A DNA stretch of 37,994 nucleotides from assembly GCA_964437265.1 (NCBI GenBank), contig CAYTGY010000002.1, positions 344 through 38,337 on the forward strand, in the 5' to 3' direction. Every line of letters begins with the position of its first letter. Position 1 is the stretch's first letter. The position numbers and the translations under genes were made by a program. Positions 9,113-17,222 of the stretch are shown here, one piece after another. Under the pieces are notes generated by a model that was not told where the DNA came from, did not search any database, and was given only the letters and a program-made list of their open reading frames with translations. This stretch comes from an uncultured Spirochaetaceae bacterium. Its GTDB lineage: Bacteria > Spirochaetota > Spirochaetia > DSM-27196 > SLST01.

Positions 9113-10695
9113 TGAACACACGCATTGGCTTCAGGTGCATCACCGCGGCACTACTCCTGGTCACTCTGGTTGGGGGAGCTCTGTGGGGTCAGACGCCCTC
9201 CGGTACGCTCAAGTACGGCGAGCTCGCGGATCCGGTGACGCTGGAGCCGTATCTCAATGACGACGCGGTCTCCAAGCGACTGACGGCGCTCATCTACGGA
9301 TCACTGGTGCGGATGAACCGGGACCTGGAGATTGAGCCGGACCTGGCGGTCTCCTGGAGACGGGAGACCGATGACCAGAGAAGGACGGTGTACATCCTTC
9401 AGCTCCGGGACAACGTGTTCTGGCATGACGGCATCCCCTTCACCTCTCTGGATGTGGTCGCAACATGGGAAACGGTGACCAACCCGGAGACTCGCACCAC
9501 TGAGAAGAGCCGGTTCCTGGGGATTGACCAGGTGGTTGCCATAGACGAGCGCACGGTTCGCATCACCTTTGATGAGAACTACAGTGCCGGGATTGGCAAT
9601 CTGACCTTTCCCATTCTCCCGGCGCACTTGCTGCAGGACCGCGTGCTGGACGTCACTGATCAGATTGTGTACGACCCGGTGGGAACCGGACCCTTTCGGT
9701 TCGAGCGGTGGGTGGAAGGGCGGTTTGTCATGCTGCGGGCGAATCGCCGGTACTACGAACCCGAATTGCCCCGCCTGGAACGGATTGTGATGCAGGTCTT
9801 CACCAATGACAGCACCATGTTTCAATCGCTGGAGAGCGGGGATATTCACCTGCTCTTCGACATCCCTCCGGAGGAGATCCCGCGCTTTCAGAACAACCGG
9901 GACGTGCGGGTCCTCAACGAGTTTGGTCACTCCTACGAGTTTGTTGGGCTGAACCTCAACCGCCCACCGCTGGATCAGCGCCTGGTTCGTCGGGCCATCA
10001 CGCTGTCAATCAATCGCCGTGAGTTGGTGGACAACCTCTACCAAGGCCGGGCGCGGATCATCAGTGGGCCGTTTCCGGTCACCTCATGGGCGTACAATCC
10101 CGCGGTCCCTCCGCTGCCGTTTGATCCCTCGGAGGCGCGTCGCCTGCTTGATGAGGCGAGCATTGTGGACACAAACGGCGACGGTATCCGGGAGTACGAG
10201 GGCAGGCCGGTGCGGCTGACCGCACTGGCGTTGCGGGGGGATGAGCTGGTTCTCAACCGCTCGCTTGCGGTTCAGCAGTATTTGCGCAACGTGGGAATCG
10301 AAGTAGAGACGGAGTTTGTGCCGCTGGTGTTATTCATGCAGCGGGTGTTTCAAGATCATGACTTTGACCTCTTCACCACCGGGTGGAGTATTGGGATCGA
10401 TCCTGACCCGTACTCTATCTGGTTCTCCGGAGAGATCGCCGACGGTCTCAACGCAATCGGGTACTACAGTGAAGAGGTGGACTCGCTCATTCTGCAGGCC
10501 CGGCAGACCCCGGACAAGGAGCGGCGCCGGCTGCTCTATCACCGAGTCCACGAGCTGATCAGCGCGGACGCCCCGTACGTGTTCCTCTGGACGGAGGAGA
10601 GAAACGTGGGTGTCCGCGCCAACTTCAGCAACTTTCAGCTAGATGTGTTCAATCTCACCCGGGCGCTCGTTACCACGGAGCTCGACGGTGAGTAG
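9112..10695 (+). CDS. Peptide/nickel ABC transporter substrate-binding protein, family 5 (AppA/OppA/DppA-like)
   Basis: 'IEPDLAVSW', 'LRDNVFWHDGIPFTSLDVVATW', 'PVGTGPFRFERW', 'VRRAITLSINR' and 'EARRLLDEA'. Non-lipoprotein signal peptide. Confidence 0.93.
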   Translation: MNTRIGFRCITAALLLVTLVGGALWGQTPSGTLKYGELADPVTLEPYLNDDAVSKRLTALIYGSLVRMNRDLEIEPDLAVSWRRETDDQRRTVYILQLRDNVFWHDGIPFTSLDVVATWETVTNPETRTTEKSRFLGIDQVVAIDERTVRITFDENYSAGIGNLTFPILPAHLLQDRVLDVTDQIVYDPVGTGPFRFERWVEGRFVMLRANRRYYEPELPRLERIVMQVFTNDSTMFQSLESGDIHLLFDIPPEEIPRFQNNRDVRVLNEFGHSYEFVGLNLNRPPLDQRLVRRAITLSINRRELVDNLYQGRARIISGPFPVTSWAYNPAVPPLPFDPSEARRLLDEASIVDTNGDGIREYEGRPVRLTALALRGDELVLNRSLAVQQYLRNVGIEVETEFVPLVLFMQRVFQDHDFDLFTTGWSIGIDPDPYSIWFSGEIADGLNAIGYYSEEVDSLILQARQTPDKERRRLLYHRVHELISADAPYVFLWTEERNVGVRANFSNFQLDVFNLTRALVTTELDGE

Positions 10696-12010
10696 GGTCA
10701 CGGCTCTCCGGGTGCTCACGCTCCCCGGCGGATTGACATTCTCGCTTGTGCTGTTCTCCCTGTTCTTGCCGGGATGCGCAAGTGAGCAGACCGCTCCGGA
10801 GCCGCCGCCGGCGCCTGAGTGGATGCGCGTGATCCCGGAGGACCCAGAGTACGTGTACTTCGTGGGCGCGGCGGAGGGGACGGAACCCGTTGATCGGCTG
10901 GAGGCGCTGGCGCGGGATCGCGCCCGATCGGACGCAGTGGAGTATCTCCGCACGGAGGTACGCAGCGAGTTCATCCTTGAGCAGACCGACGAAGGCCGCG
11001 AGATGCGTGAGCGCATCGTGGTCCGCGCCGGCGGTTCGGTGATCCAGCTCGAGTACCCGGAGCGCCGGCAGGCTGAGGCGCAGGATAGCGCCGGGCGAAC
11101 GATCACCCGTGTCTCGGTTCTTGCGCGGATGGTTCGGCCCACGGTGTACTGGTCGCGCGAGCTCGACCGGTTGGAGCAGCTCTGGCGCGAGGCGGCAGTC
11201 TCAGGCAGCGCCACGCGTCTGCTTAGAGAGGGGATGCTGCTCCTTTCGAGCCCGCTGCTCTCCACGGACGCCCCGGATGAGATTACGCAGGCGCGGCGTG
11301 ATCGAATGCGCGCGGAGGTGGAACGGACGCTCCGCGTGTGGGTGGATGAGACGCTCGTGGCGGTGCAACCGGCTCGCGTGGTGCCGGGGCTGCGACGTAC
11401 GGACCCGCTCTGTGTTTCCTGGCCGGAAGCGGCGGAGCTGCAGTGGGAGCACGCAACACTGAGCGTGACCGGAGCTGACGGGCGCCGCGTGGCGCTGTTC
11501 GAGGCTGCGGTGGTAGACGGGGGCGCCTGTTTTGCGGTCACCCGGCTCCCGTTGTCGGCCGCTGTCCTGACACTTGCGCTGGACGGCGCCGTAGGCGCGG
11601 TCTGGCGGCTGCCGGTTGGGATTGGCCGGATATCGCTCAGCGTCTCCGTTGCCATGCCGACGCCCGTGCCGGAGGGGTTAGACGTCAGTGAAGCGGAGAC
11701 GGTGACTCTGGTACAGACCCGGCTGGAGCAAGACCCGCTGTTCATCGCCGCCGAGGGCTCGGACTCGGATGGCGCGCTTGAACTCAAGGCGGTGCGCGCC
11801 TCGTTCTCTCGCGCGGAAGACCTTACTGAGGGGGCCTTAGCCGTGCTGGTCACCGGGCTCATCGGTGAGATGCCGGTGGAGGAGCGTATCCAGGTAGCGG
11901 CCCTTGGCCCGGACGTTCCGGGACTGTGGCGTATTCTGATGGGGGGTGTTGTGGATGCGGCGCTGGAGCGGATCCGCCGGCAGATGAGCAGAGAGGATCA
12001 CACGCCGTGA
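10688..12010 (+). CDS. LPP20-like lipoprotein
   Basis: GTG 10688 overlaps the upstream stop. Lipobox LPG-C, then 'PEWMRVIPEDPEYVYFVG...ARDRARSDAVEYLRTEVRS', an LPP20-type P-x-W...A...A motif. Confidence 0.65.
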   Translation: MSRVTALRVLTLPGGLTFSLVLFSLFLPGCASEQTAPEPPPAPEWMRVIPEDPEYVYFVGAAEGTEPVDRLEALARDRARSDAVEYLRTEVRSEFILEQTDEGREMRERIVVRAGGSVIQLEYPERRQAEAQDSAGRTITRVSVLARMVRPTVYWSRELDRLEQLWREAAVSGSATRLLREGMLLLSSPLLSTDAPDEITQARRDRMRAEVERTLRVWVDETLVAVQPARVVPGLRRTDPLCVSWPEAAELQWEHATLSVTGADGRRVALFEAAVVDGGACFAVTRLPLSAAVLTLALDGAVGAVWRLPVGIGRISLSVSVAMPTPVPEGLDVSEAETVTLVQTRLEQDPLFIAAEGSDSDGALELKAVRASFSRAEDLTEGALAVLVTGLIGEMPVEERIQVAALGPDVPGLWRILMGGVVDAALERIRRQMSREDHTP

Positions 12011-12039
12011 GCAGATGCGGCACGAATCAGGGGGATAGT

Positions 12040-15000
12040 GTGAACACGCGAAAGCGTCTGGTAGCGATGGTGCTCGCGCTGACGGTGGCTGTCGCTGCCG
12101 CAGGCGCGCTGGAAGAAGATGACATACAACAGTGGTTCCAGGATCTGGGGAGCGATATTGCCCAGCACGTAACCGGCTCCCTGGTGATCTGGCAGATCCA
12201 GGGTGGCCCGCTTCTGGATCAGGGGATCACTGATCTCTTCCTGGACACCGAGCTCCAGCTGGCGCTGAGCGAACAGCTTTCAGGGAGCCGGGCGCGCTGG
12301 ATCTACAATCCCAGCCTCACCGAAGCGCTTGACGCTGAGACCGCAGTCGGGACTCTGGAGGTTGGGAATGTGGATCCCGCCGGTGCGGTTGATGAGCTGG
12401 ATCTCTACGGATTCCAGGTGGACCATCTGCTGCACCTGCGGTTTGTCACCCACAATCAACAGATTGGTATGCAGTACCGGGTGCTTGAGCTGGAGACCGG
12501 AGCCCTTGCCTGGGCCGGCGTCATATGGGAGTCCGGCGGGCCGTCAGAGCTTCCCGCGCTGGTGGAGATTGCGGAGACAGTTTCCGATGGTCGGGACGGG
12601 AGGTTCGTCCCACTTATTGTGCAGCGCCCGGAAGGCGATGAAGCAGAGCTCTTCCGAGCGCTCGTGGCCGTTGAGCTGGCGCGCAGCTATCCCGGCCGTG
12701 TCCTTCCCTTCGACTACTACTCCCGAACGCTTGTGGGTTCTCTGGATGGCTCGGACGCAACCGAGTTCAGCCAGGGAAGCCGGGCGCTCTTTTTGCCGCT
12801 CAAGGACGGACTGGCGCAGATCCAGGCGGACGGCTACCTGACGGTTCAGCGCGTCGCCGGCTCAACCATTGGCTCGCTGATAGATGCGGAGACCGCGCAG
12901 GTCTACGCGCATGAAATTCGCGGAGGAGATGCGGAGGTGCTCGCTGAGCTGCTCGCGGACTCCGTTGCCCGCATGTCTGCGGACAGTGCAACGTTCGGCC
13001 GGGTTCGCGTGCTCCCGGTGGCAGCATCCGGGATCACCGCTCTCAACGCATCCGCGCAGCGTGCGCTGCGCACCACCATCCAGGCGCAGCTTGCCCCACG
13101 CGGCATCGCCGTGATCGACTTCGAGACCGTGGAGGCACTTCAAGGTGTTTGGACCGGCGTCTACGCGGAGGTTGAGGAGTGGCTTGGCGGCGCCGCGGAG
13201 AGCGAGGTGAAGTCGATTCTGGATCCCGCCGGGCTTCACATGTACGTTGCGCGAGAGGGGCTTGTCCGGGGCGCGTACACCAGCGTGCGGGAACCCCGCT
13301 TGGCTGAGTTCATACAAGAGGTCTACCGCGGCTACGCCGCGGACTCCGCTCCAGAGAGCGTTGGCGTGCTGTCCGTAGAGGGCGCCGCCCTGGACGGCCT
13401 TGCGGACGCAAGCAAACTCGCCATGCATCTCTTCGTTGCTGAACAGCTGTATCGGCTCACGCCGGTGCGGGATCCGTCGCAGATGATCCAGTCGGTATCT
13501 GAGTCGGGGATAGCAGAGAAGCTGCGCTCAGAGCTACCTGATCGCATCTCCGCCATCCGGGAGGACGCCAATCTGCCACAGGTTGCTCTGCGAATCAGCA
13601 TGGTGGATGCAGCAGGCGGCCAAGACCTGCATCTGCAGGTGGTTGATCTCTCCACGAGCCGGATTGAGCTTTCACGAGCCATACTGCTCTCCTCAAGCAT
13701 CTCGCAGGATATTGCCAGAGGTCTGGCGCCGCAGCTGGGTGACCTTCCGTCCGGGCTCACCTGTATGATCGCTCCGGTGGCGTCTATTCCGGCCACGGCG
13801 GCGCCAAACGGTCTCCGCCGCAGGTTGGAAAGCGTGCTCAACGAGCAGTTGGGCTGGTCTATCCTCACCGCCACCCCGGCTGCAGGAGACAATCCCCGTG
13901 CCCGGGAGATAGCTCAGGCGGCCGGCGGCGCGATCATGCTGCAGCCGTTCTTCTGGCAGGTCCAGCCCGGCGAGTTTGCGCTGCTGTTACGGGTGGTGGA
14001 TTTTGCGGCCGGTCAATCGCGCGTCACCAATGTGATCACCGTCTATTTTGACCAGGCGGGGCGTGTTGGAAGCTTCGCTCCGGTTGCCCCCGCGGTGGAG
14101 GCGGCGCTGGACACGGTGGCGGGGGTTGTGGCGCGCGGTAGTGTGGTCAAGATCTTCGCGCCGTCGTCGCGGATCGCCGGCACTGAGACCGGTCTGTTCT
14201 CAACCCTTGCGCAAGCGCGTGTACTCGCCGTGGGCGCGGAGTTGGTGGACACTCCGTTCCCATCGGGCACCCCGACCTTCGGAACGGAGGAAATTGTGTA
14301 CATGCTCGGCGCGGACACCTACGTGTTGCCCTTCTCCTACACCGGTCGGAGCGTTGGCGTGCGGGCGTACGACGCGCAGGGGTACCTCACTGCATTGCGT
14401 CTGCCGACCGATGATGACACGCGCATGAGCTTTGTTCAGGAGAACCCGCCCGCGTTGAGCGCAGTTGAGAGCGTCCGGGTGGTACCTGACTTTACTCTCG
14501 AGCAATCCGAGTTGAGTGTTGACGGTGTACAAGATGCAATCCTCGCGGAGCTGCTCGCGGCCGGGAGCCGGGAGGTGGTTGACCGGATCAACAGCGGCGT
14601 TTTCCTCTCAGTCCAGCCGGAGAGCGCCGCGCATACCGTTGAAGTGGCAGTAGCGGATGCGCCGTTCTACGGGACCTCCAATCCAACGGTTGAGGTGCGT
14701 GTGCGTGAGACAACCGGCGGGGATCGGCCGCTTGTCTGGGCGTCGTCCGCCGCGCTGCCGGAGACCGAGCGGACATTGCGCCCCGGAAGCTACATACGAG
14801 TGGACCTTGACTACATTGCGGAGCAGGTTGCAGATCGCATCCGCTCCGCCCGGATTGACAACGGAATAGACGTTGTGCGCATCCGAATGGAACCGACGGC
14901 AATCACGCTTGATGCTGAACCAAACCGGATTCTTAGAGAACGGTTCGCGGACCCGGTGAGAGCGCTGATAGACAAGACCGCGGCGGCGCTCCACCAGCGT

Positions 15001-16362
15001 GAGCCCGGCCGCTATCTGGTGTATGACTACCCGGCGCGCGGGCTTCCCTCCGGAGAGACGTTCCAGGTGGAGGTCACGTTGACGCAGGTGGAGGAGATCG
15101 TCAACGCGGAGCGCTACGTCTATCGGCAGGCTTACAACGGCACCTGTCGTATTATGGGTCCCAATGACAGCCTTGCGCTCGCGCGGTTGGAGGAACCCGG
15201 GGAGATTCCGGAGCTCAACATTCGTGAGCGCATGCTGGTGTTTCAGTTCCGTCTGCTTGCGAACCTGGACGAGTGGATAGCCCGAGGAGAACGGTATGCG
15301 GAGAGCGGCCGGCTGGAAGACCTTCGCGGCGCTCACACTCAAGCGCAACGAGTCGCTGAACAGATCACCGAGTTGGAGGATGCGGTTGCGGCCCGCAGTG
15401 AGCGGATCGCCCGCATGAATGAGCAGATTCAGGAGCTGGAACGCGAGTCCGGCCTCCAGACCGTCATCAACGAGGCCGTACGGGCAATGGGCAACAAGAA
15501 CTACCGTGAGGCGCAGCGGGTGCTCAAGTCAGCGCAGCGCGAGTTCGGCGATTCGGAAGCCATTGCGGATCTGCTGGAAGAAGCGGAGAACCTGGAGCGC
15601 AACGTTATCACCTTTGTCCGGCACCCGGAGGGCCAGTCGTTTGATCCGGAGCCGGCAGGGACATCGGGCCTCACCGAGTTCGCGCTCGAAGGCGAGATCC
15701 CGGTTACTCCCGCGCCGCAGTTCATTGACCTCTCGTTTACCAACACCGGAATCTTCCGGATCGCCCGGGTTGAGGGAGACGTCCGGCTTGACGTACCGGC
15801 GGAGCATGCGCTGCAGACAGACTCAGGCACCTATCTGATTGCAGACAGCACCAGAGAGCCGGTGCTTCTCACAGTCCACCCCGCAGAGGGCGCCGGTGAC
15901 AATCCGCTGTGGCGCGTGGAGCTGGACCGTGACAATGAGGTCCTGTACCGTGCATTCCCTGACAACGATGCGCTGGAGGCGACATTCCCTGCCATCGCGG
16001 TTGACTACGACGTGGAGATGTACAAGGTCCGTCGCCGGCGGGTCAGGGCCAGTGTTGGATGGACGGTCACCGGCATTCTCTCCGGTGCCGCGGGCGCCGG
16101 GGCGTGGTGGCTTGCAACAAATCTGGTGGTCCCAGAGCTGGACGCGGCAATGGCCCAGTATGACGCCGCCCGCACATCCTTGGAGGCGGAGTCGCTGGCA
16201 AACCGCGTCACCTGGTTGCGCAGAGGCGCGGTTGCGTTGCAAGTGACCAACTGGGTTGGGTACGGTCTGGGTGGGTTAGGGGTGACGCTTCCTATAGTGC
16301 TGCTGGCAACACTGCCCAAACCGCCTGACCTTCATGAGGCGCAGAACCTGTTCGCGCAATAG
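12040..16362 (+). CDS. Giant secreted protein with tandem CsgG/FlgO/TolB-N-like domains, coiled coil and C-terminal hydrophobic helical hairpin
   Basis: GTG 12040 with GGGGA RBS and signal peptide. Recurring repeat ends: YRVLELETG, GSLIDAETA, LQVVDLSTS, LRVVDFAAG, VRAYDAQG, VRVRETTGG. Coiled coil at about 15210-15600. Two Gly-rich hydrophobic helices at the C-terminus. Confidence 0.65.
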   Translation: MNTRKRLVAMVLALTVAVAAAGALEEDDIQQWFQDLGSDIAQHVTGSLVIWQIQGGPLLDQGITDLFLDTELQLALSEQLSGSRARWIYNPSLTEALDAETAVGTLEVGNVDPAGAVDELDLYGFQVDHLLHLRFVTHNQQIGMQYRVLELETGALAWAGVIWESGGPSELPALVEIAETVSDGRDGRFVPLIVQRPEGDEAELFRALVAVELARSYPGRVLPFDYYSRTLVGSLDGSDATEFSQGSRALFLPLKDGLAQIQADGYLTVQRVAGSTIGSLIDAETAQVYAHEIRGGDAEVLAELLADSVARMSADSATFGRVRVLPVAASGITALNASAQRALRTTIQAQLAPRGIAVIDFETVEALQGVWTGVYAEVEEWLGGAAESEVKSILDPAGLHMYVAREGLVRGAYTSVREPRLAEFIQEVYRGYAADSAPESVGVLSVEGAALDGLADASKLAMHLFVAEQLYRLTPVRDPSQMIQSVSESGIAEKLRSELPDRISAIREDANLPQVALRISMVDAAGGQDLHLQVVDLSTSRIELSRAILLSSSISQDIARGLAPQLGDLPSGLTCMIAPVASIPATAAPNGLRRRLESVLNEQLGWSILTATPAAGDNPRAREIAQAAGGAIMLQPFFWQVQPGEFALLLRVVDFAAGQSRVTNVITVYFDQAGRVGSFAPVAPAVEAALDTVAGVVARGSVVKIFAPSSRIAGTETGLFSTLAQARVLAVGAELVDTPFPSGTPTFGTEEIVYMLGADTYVLPFSYTGRSVGVRAYDAQGYLTALRLPTDDDTRMSFVQENPPALSAVESVRVVPDFTLEQSELSVDGVQDAILAELLAAGSREVVDRINSGVFLSVQPESAAHTVEVAVADAPFYGTSNPTVEVRVRETTGGDRPLVWASSAALPETERTLRPGSYIRVDLDYIAEQVADRIRSARIDNGIDVVRIRMEPTAITLDAEPNRILRERFADPVRALIDKTAAALHQREPGRYLVYDYPARGLPSGETFQVEVTLTQVEEIVNAERYVYRQAYNGTCRIMGPNDSLALARLEEPGEIPELNIRERMLVFQFRLLANLDEWIARGERYAESGRLEDLRGAHTQAQRVAEQITELEDAVAARSERIARMNEQIQELERESGLQTVINEAVRAMGNKNYREAQRVLKSAQREFGDSEAIADLLEEAENLERNVITFVRHPEGQSFDPEPAGTSGLTEFALEGEIPVTPAPQFIDLSFTNTGIFRIARVEGDVRLDVPAEHALQTDSGTYLIADSTREPVLLTVHPAEGAGDNPLWRVELDRDNEVLYRAFPDNDALEATFPAIAVDYDVEMYKVRRRRVRASVGWTVTGILSGAAGAGAWWLATNLVVPELDAAMAQYDAARTSLEAESLANRVTWLRRGAVALQVTNWVGYGLGGLGVTLPIVLLATLPKPPDLHEAQNLFAQ

Positions 16363-16367
16363 CGTGG

Positions 16368-17204
16368 TTGCCGGTGACGCTACGGAGTGGGAACGAACCA
16401 AGACTGTCCGTACGGCTTCTGGTCTGGCTCGCGGTGCTTGTGCTCATTGTGGGTGCGGATCTGGTGCTCCCGTTTGCGGACGTGCGCCTTGAGAAGACGC
16501 TGGAGCCGCCGGGACGCGGTTCGTTTCTTGGCACGGACCGTCTTGGACGCGACGTCGGCCGGCTCCTGATTGACGCGGGCGCGCTGACGGCTGTTTACGG
16601 CGGTGGGATCGCGGGTGCCACCGCACTTCTGGCCGCGGCGATCGCGCTTGCGTACGGGGCAAACGGCGTTGGTGGGCACGTTGTGTTGCGGCTCTTGACC
16701 ATGGCGGTGCTTGCGGTTCCCTCCGGTTTGCTGATGCTTCTTGCCGTGCTGCGCTGGCCCAGATCTCCGTTCCCGCTGTTTCTGGGAATACTGCTGCTGG
16801 TTGTCGCCGTGCACGCGGAGCGTCTGACCGGGGAGGCCGGTAGAATCTGGCGGGCGGCGCCGGTGCAGACGGCTCGTCAACTGGGAGTCTCCGCTCCGCG
16901 GGTCGCGGTCTTCTACGTGTTTCCGCTGCTGCTTCCGGTGCTGGAGGTGGTCGTGCTTGATGCGGTGGTCAAGTTTGTGGCAATCGAGGGGCTGGTGACG
17001 TTTATCGGGTACCGCCCATGGGGAGATAGTGAGAGTTTTGGCTCGCTTCTAAAGCTGATGTACTCCGCCGTCGCCGGGCGCCGCCCGTACGGTCTGGTAC
17101 AGTTTGGCTTGCTGGTGGGGACGGTGTTTCTCATCATGGGTGCCCTGTTTGGCATTGTTCGCAACGGCGTCTCGCTTCTGCGAGCGAAGTTCCGTCGCGC
17201 ATAG
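16368..17204 (+). CDS. ABC transporter permease, DppC/OppC-like (divergent)
   Basis: 'FLGTDRLGRDV' motif, about 6 TM helices and degenerate EAA loop 'PVQTARQLGVS...FYVFP'. Confidence 0.8.
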   Translation: MPVTLRSGNEPRLSVRLLVWLAVLVLIVGADLVLPFADVRLEKTLEPPGRGSFLGTDRLGRDVGRLLIDAGALTAVYGGGIAGATALLAAAIALAYGANGVGGHVVLRLLTMAVLAVPSGLLMLLAVLRWPRSPFPLFLGILLLVVAVHAERLTGEAGRIWRAAPVQTARQLGVSAPRVAVFYVFPLLLPVLEVVVLDAVVKFVAIEGLVTFIGYRPWGDSESFGSLLKLMYSAVAGRRPYGLVQFGLLVGTVFLIMGALFGIVRNGVSLLRAKFRRA

Positions 17205-17222
17205 AGTAACAAAGGAATTGGC

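Noticed and set aside
10639-11862. Long antisense ORFs (for example 407 aa here and 332 aa at 30710-31708)
   Set aside because: They are shadow ORFs opposite well-supported genes in high-GC DNA, with no recognisable motifs.
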